A stretch of 64,000 bases of DNA, from the NCBI GenBank assembly GCA_023393655.1, contig JAEWKP010000381.1, positions 2,626-66,625 on the forward strand, given 5' to 3'. Shown here piece after piece: positions 25,119 through 34,781 of this stretch; the stretch's first letter is position 1, and each line of letters starts with the position of its first letter. The stretch comes from Pseudomonadota bacterium (GTDB lineage: Bacteria > Pseudomonadota > Alphaproteobacteria > Rhizobiales > Beijerinckiaceae). The notes below the pieces were generated by a model. It made no database searches. It had not been told where the DNA came from and was given only the letters and a program-made list of their open reading frames with translations. The position numbers and the translations under genes are program-made.

Positions 25119-26648
25119 TCAGCAGCCATATTGCTCGCACCAGCGAGCCGTGATGAAGGGCGTGAACCGCCGGGCATATTCGGTAAACCGGCGATCCTTG
25201 GTGATGATTGCCGCGTTCTGGAGCAGGGCCCACATCGGCCAGCCATAGCCTTCCGGCATGTTCTCGATATAGGAGGCGAACCAGAGCCCGCCATCCTCCT
25301 TGAGATAACCCTCGAGGTTCATCGCAAGTCCGCCGAAGTAGGCAGTCGACTGGCGCAGCATCTCGCTGTCGCCGAGCAGACGCGCCGCATTGTAGAGGGC
25401 GATCGCAACCCCGAGCTCGCCGTCCAGCACCCGGACATTCGGCATGGGTGGCGCGGCGTAGACATACTCCGCCGGCAGCCTGAAGCCGTCGATCGTGTAC
25501 TCCGCTCCGCCCTTGCTCATCGGCGTCGTGATGAAGCGGGTCGCCGCCTGCGCCATCGCCCGGTACTTGTCGTCGCCGGTGATCTTGAACATCAGAGCCG
25601 CCAACTCGACGACCTGGCTGTTCGCATAGGGCGAATACCAGGGCGGCGTCAGCTTGATGCCCCAGTTCATCGTCCAGTCGAACTGGTATGGCCAGGAGAT
25701 GCGGCCGTCGCCGAGATCGACCTTGGCTTTCTCGATGTAATTGTCGAAGAAATGCGCCACGGCTGCGATCGCCGCCTTGCGGATTTCCTCGCCCACCTGC
25801 GGCTTCAACGCGGCGAACAACAGGGCCCGGGCGGTGGAGGTCGCGTAAAGCGGATGCACGCCGCCGCTCATGCCGCCCGCCAGGCTGGTTCCATAGGTCG
25901 CCGCGTCGAGCAGGGTCGCCGTGTCGCGCTCCATCTGCTTCGGGTCGACATTGACCGTCTGCTCGTAGAGCCTGACGCCATCGTAGTCGACAGAGGAGAA
26001 ATTCCGGAAGCGGTCCTCGTCCTTGGCGACGATCAGTTCCCGCGTCGCCGGCTCGGTCTCGCCGATCAGAGTCTCAAGCAGCATGTATCCGGGCGGGAAA
26101 CCGGGCTTTTGCGCCTTAACGAACAAGGTGCCGACGTCGAAGTCGTAGAGGACGTCGTCGAGAAGCGTGATTACGTCGCCCACATAGATGCCGAGCAGGC
26201 CGCCCTTGTTCGGGATGAAGCTCTGCCAGATCAGGCGGTCGCGGCCATTCTCGCTAGCCGGAACCCACATCAGCTCGGGTTGCGCCGTCGATAACATGTT
26301 GCCGAGATAGCGAACCGTCAGCCCCTTGCGCAGCGCGAAATAGGGCCTCAGCGCCGCGGCGTTAGGACGGACCACGACTGCCGGTATATCGATATAGGGC
26401 GCGAGCACGCGTTGCGGCCCGGTGGCGGAGGGAAGTCGCAGCGCATGTCCGGTATCGGGGCTTTGGTGCTTCGCGAGAGCGCCGGACTTGCCGTGACCGG
26501 CAGCTGCCGTCGTGGCCGTCGTCGTCTGACCCTGCGATCCCACGCCGGCGGCCTCGCGCCGTGACAGGCATGCGGCCACGGTGGCGGCAAGCACCAGGCA
26601 CAGCACGGCCAGTATGAGGAGCCAGAACCGGCGGTTTCTTCGCATCAC
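25119..26648 (-). CDS. Exported D-glucuronyl C5-epimerase-like protein (possible lipoprotein)
   Basis: C-terminal half has WPYQF..LTPPWYS..TGDDKY..GG..EY..VLDG..ALY, matching the motif order of the C5-epimerase C-terminal domain; N-terminus is basic + hydrophobic and ends in VAAC. Confidence 0.65.
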   Translation of the reverse strand: MMRRNRRFWLLILAVLCLVLAATVAACLSRREAAGVGSQGQTTTATTAAAGHGKSGALAKHQSPDTGHALRLPSATGPQRVLAPYIDIPAVVVRPNAAALRPYFALRKGLTVRYLGNMLSTAQPELMWVPASENGRDRLIWQSFIPNKGGLLGIYVGDVITLLDDVLYDFDVGTLFVKAQKPGFPPGYMLLETLIGETEPATRELIVAKDEDRFRNFSSVDYDGVRLYEQTVNVDPKQMERDTATLLDAATYGTSLAGGMSGGVHPLYATSTARALLFAALKPQVGEEIRKAAIAAVAHFFDNYIEKAKVDLGDGRISWPYQFDWTMNWGIKLTPPWYSPYANSQVVELAALMFKITGDDKYRAMAQAATRFITTPMSKGGAEYTIDGFRLPAEYVYAAPPMPNVRVLDGELGVAIALYNAARLLGDSEMLRQSTAYFGGLAMNLEGYLKEDGGLWFASYIENMPEGYGWPMWALLQNAAIITKDRRFTEYARRFTPFITARWCEQYGC

Positions 26649-28054
26649 GCGCTCCGTTTCCCGCTGCCCAATGCGTCATAGACGGCTACGAGCTTGTCCC
26701 ATTCCCGCTCGGGATCGAGCGCTGTCAACGCCGGGCCGGTGGCATGCCGCAACGCGGCGGCCAGACCGGGATCGTCGATCAGCCTGTTGATGGCTGCCGC
26801 TATCGAGGCGGGATCGTAAGGATCGAAGCTGAGTCCCACGCCGTAGGCTTCGACCAGTCGCCGTGCTTCCGGATGCGCCGCAACCAGAACCGGCAGTCCC
26901 GAGGCCATGTACTCGAAGATCTTGTTCGGCAGGGCGAAGGTAAAGTTCCGGCACAGGTTGGGCAGCGTCCAGATACCAGCATCGGCGCCCCTCGCGGCGG
27001 CGACGACATCGCGCGACAGCACGGGCGGCAAGAGGATCAGCCGGTCGCCGGCGCCGACGCGTTCCGCGATGGCGCGGTAGCCTTCGCCGAATTGATCGAG
27101 CGAGGGACCGCGGATGACCAAGACGCAGCGCGGCGCAAAGGCGAGCGCCTCGATGATCGGCTCGATCAGCCGCGTCGGACCTGTGCCACCCTGCCAAAGC
27201 AGCACGAACTGTCCTTCCGGCAATCCCAGTTGCTGCCTGAGCGGTTGATAGGACCGCTCGGCATCCGATGGGACCGTCGGGATGTTTCGCACGACGAGTG
27301 GTCGCTTACCGCCTCCCAACTCGTCCGCCAGCGCGTCGGCGATCGAGTCGCAGACCGTGACGACAGCCGAGGCCTCGGCGAGGCAGCGCGCTTCCAGCTT
27401 CTGCAGCCGATGCTTCCATTCGCCTCCAAAGGGAGCATAAGATGCCTGCTCTCGGTCCCAATGCACATTCTCCGACGTCCACTCGTGGAAATCGGCGATC
27501 AGGTGCGCGCCAGTGCGGCGCGCCGCAGCCAACCCCGCGAAAGCGGTGTTGAGATCATGGGCGTGATAGGCGAACGGCCGATATTCTAGCGCACGCTCGT
27601 AAAGTTCATGCGCCATGAAGCCGGGAAACTCGTTGGCGAAGCTCGCCGCGGTCCAGGGCAAGATGTCAAAGCGTATGCCGGGACCCCAGTCGAGGCCGCA
27701 CTCCGCCAACTCCCCCTTGCCCAGATCCGGGCAGAGCACGGTCACGGCATAACCTCCGCCGACAAGCGCGCGAGCCTCGCGCTCGACCCGTGGATCGATA
27801 CGAAGATCCGAGACCACGAGCATCACGACCTCGCGTCCCTGCGCCCGTGCTCCCACACCCGGACCGATGCGCCAACACATGACGGCTTCCATGGGCAGGG
27901 ATGGCAAACGTCCGCGGCTCAAAGCCCTCGCCAGCCGCATGCCGGGCCACGAGCCCGCCTGGCGCCGTAAGCGGAAGTAACGGTCGATGGCTCCATGTAG
28001 CGCTGGTCTCAGGAGCGCGCGCGCCAGACCGTTGCTTCGCAGTCTGCTCAACAT
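26645..28054 (-). CDS. Glycosyltransferase, GT4-like
   Basis: IDPRVEREA, HAHDL, DFHE, LPNKIFEYMASGLP. Confidence 0.85.
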   Translation of the reverse strand: MLSRLRSNGLARALLRPALHGAIDRYFRLRRQAGSWPGMRLARALSRGRLPSLPMEAVMCWRIGPGVGARAQGREVVMLVVSDLRIDPRVEREARALVGGGYAVTVLCPDLGKGELAECGLDWGPGIRFDILPWTAASFANEFPGFMAHELYERALEYRPFAYHAHDLNTAFAGLAAARRTGAHLIADFHEWTSENVHWDREQASYAPFGGEWKHRLQKLEARCLAEASAVVTVCDSIADALADELGGGKRPLVVRNIPTVPSDAERSYQPLRQQLGLPEGQFVLLWQGGTGPTRLIEPIIEALAFAPRCVLVIRGPSLDQFGEGYRAIAERVGAGDRLILLPPVLSRDVVAAARGADAGIWTLPNLCRNFTFALPNKIFEYMASGLPVLVAAHPEARRLVEAYGVGLSFDPYDPASIAAAINRLIDDPGLAAALRHATGPALTALDPEREWDKLVAVYDALGSGKRSA

Positions 28055-29556
28055 CCCGCGTCACTCGCCATTCGCTCAGGTGTTCCGCGCAGGCGATCGT
28101 AGATCGCCGGGATCTTCTGCCATTCCCGATCGGCGTCGAGCGAGACCAGGGCCGCTGGGATGCGCTCCCGGATGCCGGCGGCCAGAGCCGGGTCCGCGAT
28201 CAGCGGATTGATCGCCGCCGCGATCGAATGCGGATCATACGGGTCGAACAGCATCCCGACCTTGTGCGCATCGACGATGCGCCGGACTTCGGGATAGTCC
28301 GCGCCGATCACCGGCAGCCCCGAGGCCATGTATTCGAAGACCTTGTTGGGCAGCGCGAAGGAAAAATTCCGGCACAGCTTCGGCAAAGACCAGATTCCGG
28401 CATCGGCGCCGCGCGCCGCGGCGACTACATCGCGCGACGGCACCGGCCCGATCAGCGTCAGCCGGTCAGCAGCGCCGATGCGCTCTGCGATGGCGCGATA
28501 GTCTGGTCCGAAAAGGTCTAGCGACGGCCCGCGGATGACGAAATGGCATTTCGGCATGAACGCGAGTGCCTCGATGATCGGTTCGATCAATCGAGTGGGG
28601 CCGGTGCCGCCCTGCCAGAGCAATACAAACTGATCCTCGGGAAGGCCGAGCTGCTGCTTGAGCGGCAGATAGGTTCTGGTCGGTTCCTGCGACAGGTGCG
28701 GGATGTTGCGCACCACCAACGCCTTGCGGCCGGCGCCAAGCTCGCTGGCCATCGCGTCGGCAATCGAATCGCAGACGGTGATGACCTCGCTGGCACGTTT
28801 CAGACACTGGCGCTCGAGCCATTGCAGCGGCCGCTTCCAAGACGGCGTGTAGGGCTTGTAGCTCATGCTCTCGGCATCCCACTTGACGTTTTCCGAGAAC
28901 CATTCGTGGAAATCGCAGACCGCATAGGCGCCGGTATGGCGCGCCGCCGAGAGCCCGGCGAAGGCGGTGAACAGGTCATGCGCGTGGAAAGCGAAGGGGC
29001 GATACTCAATCGCGACGTTGAACATTTCTCGCGCGATGAAGCTGGGCCACTCCATCATGAACGAGATCGCCGTCCAGTGCACCCATCGGAAGCTGATGCC
29101 CTCGCCCCAATCGACGCCGTGCTCGGTCTCCTCGCCGGTGCGCGGATCCGGCGCGATCACCACGACGCTGTAGCCGGCGGCGACGAGCGCCCGCGCCTCG
29201 CGCTCGATACGCGGATCGATGCGCAGATTGGACGGCGTCATCATGACGATCTGCCCCCCGACCGGATTCCTGCCGATGCCGGCGCCCCGCCAGGGCAGCC
29301 ACACTGCGGCAGGCGAGAGGCCGCGCTCAGCGTGGTTCAGCGGCCAAAGCTGCGCGAATGCACGTATCACCGACGAGAACGGCAGTTCCTCGCCGCCGAC
29401 GCGGATCTTCAGGTCGTTGTTGAGGTAATCCTTGAAGCGCCTCGTGCTCAGTCCCAGCACCGGCCGATGCAGCCCGGCCCTTCCGCGCTGCAGGAGCCGA
29501 AAGGCGAGGTGCACCAATGGGCGCAGGGTTCGCTTGACGACCGAATCGGGGGGCAT
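28048..29556 (-). CDS. Glycosyltransferase, GT4-like (paralog of 26645-28054)
   Basis: IDPRIEREA, HAHDL, DFHE, LPNKVFEYMASGLP. Confidence 0.85.
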   Translation of the reverse strand: MPPDSVVKRTLRPLVHLAFRLLQRGRAGLHRPVLGLSTRRFKDYLNNDLKIRVGGEELPFSSVIRAFAQLWPLNHAERGLSPAAVWLPWRGAGIGRNPVGGQIVMMTPSNLRIDPRIEREARALVAAGYSVVVIAPDPRTGEETEHGVDWGEGISFRWVHWTAISFMMEWPSFIAREMFNVAIEYRPFAFHAHDLFTAFAGLSAARHTGAYAVCDFHEWFSENVKWDAESMSYKPYTPSWKRPLQWLERQCLKRASEVITVCDSIADAMASELGAGRKALVVRNIPHLSQEPTRTYLPLKQQLGLPEDQFVLLWQGGTGPTRLIEPIIEALAFMPKCHFVIRGPSLDLFGPDYRAIAERIGAADRLTLIGPVPSRDVVAAARGADAGIWSLPKLCRNFSFALPNKVFEYMASGLPVIGADYPEVRRIVDAHKVGMLFDPYDPHSIAAAINPLIADPALAAGIRERIPAALVSLDADREWQKIPAIYDRLRGTPERMASDAGC

Positions 29557-29604
29557 TTCAGCTTGGCTTTCTCGATCGAGCTTCTGGCGCAGCGCGAAGG
29601 TTGT

Positions 29605-32544
29605 TCAATTGCCGACCGGCGACGGCGTGATCGTAACGGCGCGCTGGTCTGGGACGTCATAGACGCGTTCCCAGGCAACCGGCATCGGCGCTGGCATCGG
29701 CGCAGGCAGGGCCACCTCCAGCTCGCTGACCCGCGCGCCGATATGGTCCAGCGCCGCCTGCGGCCAATCGCTGGTTTCGAGGTAAAGGCGGCCGAGGCGC
29801 GCAGCCACGGCCGGGATCGAATAATAGCGCTCGATGAAGCGCCGGCTGCGCCGGCCGAGATCCTCTAGATCGATTTCTCGGTCCAGGATCGATTTCAGCA
29901 CGGAGTAGACCAGATGCGGCGGCGCATTGATGATCGGCGACTCCTCAGGCGCGATCGTCATCTCCGGCGCCCTCAGAAAGCATAGTACCGGCCGCCCCAG
30001 CGCCATCGCTTCCAGGGCAGTATAGCCGTGGAAGCCGCCGATGAATTGATCTGCGACCAGGTTGACCGATCGGAAGATGTCCAGCACCACCGTGTTGGGC
30101 ACACCGGAGATCTTCACAAGCTCGACGTCATAGCCTTCGTCACGCAGGCGCTCGATCGCGGCCTCCAGATGACGGGTGCCTTTGAAATGCGAATGGTTGG
30201 GTGCGTGCGCGATGCGCAGCGGCTCGCCCTTCCTCCAAGTCAACGGCGCCGGCTGGAGATGCTCGAGATCGAGCGGCCAATAGTGCATGTTCCGGCAGCC
30301 GGGAACGTAGGTGAGCATATCGCCCATCGCGATCCTGGCAGTCACGCGATGGTCGAGCCGCGACAAAGACAAATCGAGCTGCTCGTCGTCACAGATGCAG
30401 TAAGCCTTGGGCTGGGGGCAATCAGTGCAGAAATTCACCGGCCCTAGTGCGAGCGTCCGATCACGGGTGCGCACATCCGCGCCGTAAGCATAGGTATAGA
30501 TTTTAAGGCCGGCGCGGCTCAGCAGCTCGATTTCGGCCTCTTCGATCCCGAAACGCTCGGTACCTGGCAGCAGCCCGCGATCGTAGAAGAAGTGGACCGC
30601 ATCATAGCGCAGCATGACATATGCGAGCACGGCGAAGCGGAAGCGGCGATGCGCACTGCTCAGGATCCGCACAAGCTTCCCCGCGACCTTGTCGGGAATG
30701 GTTAGGTTGATACTGAAGTTGCGGGTGATGTGGTAGGTCGTGAAAACGAGCGAATCCGATTTCAGGCCGATAAGCTTGTCGCAACGCGCCAGCACCGGCA
30801 GGGTGAGGATCGGTGTGGTGCCCCATAACGTCCTGATCTTACCATCGCGCTGTCGTCGTTCGCCGAGACGGCGAGCCGTTGCAACGAAGCCATCGATGCA
30901 GCTCTCGAGGACGGGACGCAGAGCGCTTTCAACTCCGCGCTTCAGCCTCCCTATCAGCAGGCGCGCCTTCACCTTGAGCACGGAGATTGTGACCCGCTTG
31001 AAGGCGCTGACGACGAAGGGCAGTTTCCACATCTGTGCGAACAAGCTCTCCGTCTTCGTTTGCCGCACGCTGTCAGGCGCCCTCACGATCATCGCCGCCC
31101 TGCGCGCCAGGCGCCTCGCCACCCTGCGGGGGAAATTTCCCGTTCCGCGGTAGAGATCGGCGAGTTGTCTCGCCAGCGCGGGAACACTGTAATTGTGCTT
31201 GACATAGGCGCGGCCCTTCCCCGCCGCGTCCACGAGTTCCCCGCGACGCGCCACCAGGCGGCGAAGAACAGCCTCGATCGTCTCGGGACTCGCCTCGATG
31301 ATCGGACAATTCGGCAAATCGGCGAGGCCGACCCCCTCATGCAGATAGCAGATCACAGGCAGCCCCAACGCCATGCCTTCGATCGCCGTCAAGCCGAACG
31401 CGCCGCTTACGAGTTGGTCAACCAGCACGTCGAGATCGCGCATGGCATCCAGCACCTGCGTGCGTGGGATTCCGGAGATCATCTGCAGCTCGATCGCCAT
31501 CCCGTCAGCCTGCAACCTTTCGACAGCGGCCTCGAGATACTTCGTACCCTTGAAATAGGGGTGATTTGGGAAATGCCCGACGCGCAAGGGGCCCTCCGAG
31601 CGCGCCCGAGGCTCTACTTCGTCCAGATCGGCCAAGTCGATCGCCAGATAAGAAAGGTTGCGCGAACCTGGGATGAGCGGCACGGACAGGCCGTGCGCCA
31701 CCATTGCGGTCGCATATTGGCGAATTGTCGCCAGCATGCGTTCGCCACCCTGGTCGTCACAAACGCAGAACGTGCCGGGGTCGGGGCATTCGCTGCAGAA
31801 GCTCCATGGCCCTGCCGCCAACGCCTTCTTGCGCATGCGGTGATCCGCGCCATACGCGTAGGTGTAGAGCTTCTTGCCGGCGCTCTTGTAGGATTTCAGT
31901 TCATCGAGGGCTATGCCCATGCGGGCGCCATAGCCGCCGATCAGATCGATGATCCCGGCATCATTGTAGAGGTGGAAGACGTCGTAGTGCAGCAGCGCCC
32001 ATCCCAGCACCAGCCTCCGGAAAGGGTGAATGAGATTGTAGCGCTCGGCGATCAGCGCCGCCTCCACCTCCTTGAAGTTGAGATCGAAGTCAGAGGTGAC
32101 GTGGTAGTGTGTAAAGACGAGGGACTCGGCCTCGACGCCGAGCATCCGGTCCGCCGCGGCTGCGGTTTTCAAGCCTACGATCGGGGTCACGCCCCAGCAC
32201 GAGCGGAGCCGCCCCTCGCGCTGCCGCAGCCGCGACATCTCGCGCGCATCCGCACATAATGCTTTCCAGAAATCGGGGTCCGGATCGGTGCTGTTTCTGG
32301 CGAGCAGCGGCCCCATTGCCTCGATGAAGGCGCGGATCTCGCTCGTGTTGCAGCCGCGGAGGTTTCGCGTCAGATGCCTGTAGAACGTAATGCCGAAATT
32401 TCGACAGTCGGCTCCGATCAGTTGGCTCAGCGGTGCAATCGCCTCGTGATTCTGGTGCGCGAAACGGTTCAGGTTTGCGAACGCCGCGGTGCGCTCGCAA
32501 TCCGGGTCCCAGGTCGCGAAGAAGCGCGATACGCGGCCGAACAT
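29605..32544 (-). CDS. Tandem double GT-B glycosyltransferase (979 aa)
   Basis: Two homologous halves, each with WGxTPI, SLVFTxYH, YTYAYGAD, HxPNHxxFKGT and DQxxxGxxGxTAxExMALG. Confidence 0.8.
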   Translation of the reverse strand: MFGRVSRFFATWDPDCERTAAFANLNRFAHQNHEAIAPLSQLIGADCRNFGITFYRHLTRNLRGCNTSEIRAFIEAMGPLLARNSTDPDPDFWKALCADAREMSRLRQREGRLRSCWGVTPIVGLKTAAAADRMLGVEAESLVFTHYHVTSDFDLNFKEVEAALIAERYNLIHPFRRLVLGWALLHYDVFHLYNDAGIIDLIGGYGARMGIALDELKSYKSAGKKLYTYAYGADHRMRKKALAAGPWSFCSECPDPGTFCVCDDQGGERMLATIRQYATAMVAHGLSVPLIPGSRNLSYLAIDLADLDEVEPRARSEGPLRVGHFPNHPYFKGTKYLEAAVERLQADGMAIELQMISGIPRTQVLDAMRDLDVLVDQLVSGAFGLTAIEGMALGLPVICYLHEGVGLADLPNCPIIEASPETIEAVLRRLVARRGELVDAAGKGRAYVKHNYSVPALARQLADLYRGTGNFPRRVARRLARRAAMIVRAPDSVRQTKTESLFAQMWKLPFVVSAFKRVTISVLKVKARLLIGRLKRGVESALRPVLESCIDGFVATARRLGERRQRDGKIRTLWGTTPILTLPVLARCDKLIGLKSDSLVFTTYHITRNFSINLTIPDKVAGKLVRILSSAHRRFRFAVLAYVMLRYDAVHFFYDRGLLPGTERFGIEEAEIELLSRAGLKIYTYAYGADVRTRDRTLALGPVNFCTDCPQPKAYCICDDEQLDLSLSRLDHRVTARIAMGDMLTYVPGCRNMHYWPLDLEHLQPAPLTWRKGEPLRIAHAPNHSHFKGTRHLEAAIERLRDEGYDVELVKISGVPNTVVLDIFRSVNLVADQFIGGFHGYTALEAMALGRPVLCFLRAPEMTIAPEESPIINAPPHLVYSVLKSILDREIDLEDLGRRSRRFIERYYSIPAVAARLGRLYLETSDWPQAALDHIGARVSELEVALPAPMPAPMPVAWERVYDVPDQRAVTITPSPVGN

Positions 32545-32566
32545 GTTCTGATCTGTCCGTTGCTGC

Positions 32567-33703
32567 TCAGCTCTTCAGAGCGTGGCACAATTCATCGATG
32601 ACCCGGTCCTGTTTGGAGTGCCCCATGAAGGGCACGATCGGCAGAGTGATCGTCGCATCTTCGGCAATCGCGGCATTTGGAAACGCTTCAGCCGCCAAGC
32701 CGTACTTATTGCGATAATAGCCGAGCCGATGCACCGCATGGGTGCCTGGGCGCGTCTGGATGTCTGCGTTCGCCAGTGCAGCCATGATCGCGTTGCGGCG
32801 CGAGCGCCCGCCTTCCGCGAGCCGAATGACGTAGGATTGGAATGTGTGCCCTTCGACGTCACCGGCGACCGGCAGGACGAGATCGTTCAGGGCGCGAAGG
32901 TGCTCAGTGTAGTAGCGAGCGCTCTGCCTGCGATCCGCAACGAGTTTCTCGAGTTTGGCCATCTGCGCGACCCCAACCGCGGCCTGGATGTCGGAGAGCC
33001 GCAGATTGAAGCCGATGCGGTCGAAATTCGCCATCGTCCAGGGCCCGCGAGGCTCGCCGTCATCCGGCTGGCCGGTGGCGCCGTGGTTGCGCAGCGAGCG
33101 GACCGCGGCGGCAAGCGCGTCGTCATTGGTCGTGACCGCGCCGCCCTCTCCTGTCGTCACCACTTTTCGCGGATGAAAGGAGAAGCACCCGAGATCGCCC
33201 AGCGCTCCCACCGGCTCGCCCTTGTACGTCGTGGCAATGGCGCAGGCCGCATCCTCGATGATGCAGATGCCGCGCGGCGCGCAGATTTCCTTGATCTTGT
33301 CCATGGGCGCGGCGAGGCCGAAGAGATGAACTGCAATGACGGCTTTCGTACGCGGAGTGATTGCCGCTTCCAACGCCTTCGGATCGATGTTGAACGTGGC
33401 CAGATCGATATCGGCGAACACCGCCTTCGCTCCGACATACTCCGCAGCATGCGCGCTCGTGATCCAGGTGAATGCAGGGACGATCACCTCGTCCCCAGGC
33501 TTCAGATCGAGCGCCATCGTCGCGAGATGGAGTGCGGCAGTGCACGAGGTACACGCCATCGCGAAGGCAGCCTTCTGATTCGCAGCGATCTGCGCCTCGA
33601 AGCGTTCGGTCATCGGTCCCTGCGTCACCCATTTCGAGCCAAGAGCGGCGCGAATCATCTCGATCTCGGTTTCGTCGAAACTGGGTTCGGTGATGTTGAT
33701 CAT
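32567..33703 (-). CDS. DegT/DnrJ/EryC1/StrS aminotransferase
   Basis: WVTQGP, SCTAALH, IEDAAC, SFHPRKVVTTGEGG. Confidence 0.92.
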   Translation of the reverse strand: MINITEPSFDETEIEMIRAALGSKWVTQGPMTERFEAQIAANQKAAFAMACTSCTAALHLATMALDLKPGDEVIVPAFTWITSAHAAEYVGAKAVFADIDLATFNIDPKALEAAITPRTKAVIAVHLFGLAAPMDKIKEICAPRGICIIEDAACAIATTYKGEPVGALGDLGCFSFHPRKVVTTGEGGAVTTNDDALAAAVRSLRNHGATGQPDDGEPRGPWTMANFDRIGFNLRLSDIQAAVGVAQMAKLEKLVADRRQSARYYTEHLRALNDLVLPVAGDVEGHTFQSYVIRLAEGGRSRRNAIMAALANADIQTRPGTHAVHRLGYYRNKYGLAAEAFPNAAIAEDATITLPIVPFMGHSKQDRVIDELCHALKS

Positions 33704-33722
33704 GGTCGCCTGCCTTGCTGTC

Positions 33723-34781
33723 TCAAAGAATGTCGTGGTTCAGAACGAAATCCGATCCGCCTGGCCGATAGCGTTCCACCTGTTCGGTGACGAGACGCCT
33801 GAGCTCCTCGGCGGTCTCGACGGGCAGCCGCACCTGATCGGTCCCGGCAAGCTGGTCTGGGAGTTGCGCTAAAGCGCGGTCGTAGGTCGCGGAGGTGCCG
33901 ATGGCTAGGTCAATAATGCCGCGCACTACCTGCTTCGGATTGCCGGCCAGCTCCTCATAGGGCACGCGCACGATGCGCGCCGCGCTCGCCTTGGCCAGAC
34001 TGGCTTCCATCCCCGTCCCGATCGAGACCGCCTGCGCCGCCACTTGCGCCAGCGGAGGCAATGTGACGATTGCGGCATAGTCGACGGGGCGCACCGACCA
34101 CCATTTTGCGGCGTCGGCGAAGAGATCGAGCCGCTGCAGCCAGATCGACTGCGCGACATAGAACGGGTCTCGCTCGCACACAACCAGAACCCAGCCGGGA
34201 AAAGCCTCGGCCAACACGTCCGCGTTGAGGGTGAACCAGCTGTTGTTCTTCAGTGCCAGCGGAAGACCGGCCGCACGCTCCATGGCGGCGAGGCTGCGTC
34301 GCAACCCCAAAGCATCGAAGCGCCGCCGCTCCGTTTCGCCCAGCGCATGTGTCGACTGGCCGAGATCGAACCAGCGCGACCAGAAATAGCCGAACTCACT
34401 CGGCTCGGCCCAGCCATCCGTCACCCCTCGCTTGGAGCGGTAGGACGAACCCGATCCTGCGCCAGGAAGCGATAGTGCGTCCTGGATCAACATTCCCAGG
34501 GCGGGCGCCTGCCAGAATCGGGCAACGAAGTTCGTCGCCACACCGAACTGGCCCGACGATGCCAACAGCTGACTCAGCACGGTCGTCCCGCTCCGGGGCG
34601 GGCCGAGGATGAAAACAGGCGGCGTCCGAGGCACGACGCAATCGGCTTCGAGAGTGCCCTGGATGGGCGCGACGAGCTTGTTCAGTAGCGCCAACCGTTC
34701 CTCGGAGCGCAGGCTCTTGCCGTGCCGGCTGGTAAGCCCGGCCAATTGCGGCAGCTCGTCCATGCCGGGCTCCGTCGTCAA
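33723..34781 (-). CDS. PAPS-dependent sulfotransferase
   Basis: 5'-PSB loop PVFILGPPRSGTT, 3'-PB motif RDPFYVAQS, later YEEL; close to cysD/cysNC. Confidence 0.85.
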   Translation of the reverse strand: MTTEPGMDELPQLAGLTSRHGKSLRSEERLALLNKLVAPIQGTLEADCVVPRTPPVFILGPPRSGTTVLSQLLASSGQFGVATNFVARFWQAPALGMLIQDALSLPGAGSGSSYRSKRGVTDGWAEPSEFGYFWSRWFDLGQSTHALGETERRRFDALGLRRSLAAMERAAGLPLALKNNSWFTLNADVLAEAFPGWVLVVCERDPFYVAQSIWLQRLDLFADAAKWWSVRPVDYAAIVTLPPLAQVAAQAVSIGTGMEASLAKASAARIVRVPYEELAGNPKQVVRGIIDLAIGTSATYDRALAQLPDQLAGTDQVRLPVETAEELRRLVTEQVERYRPGGSDFVLNHDIL

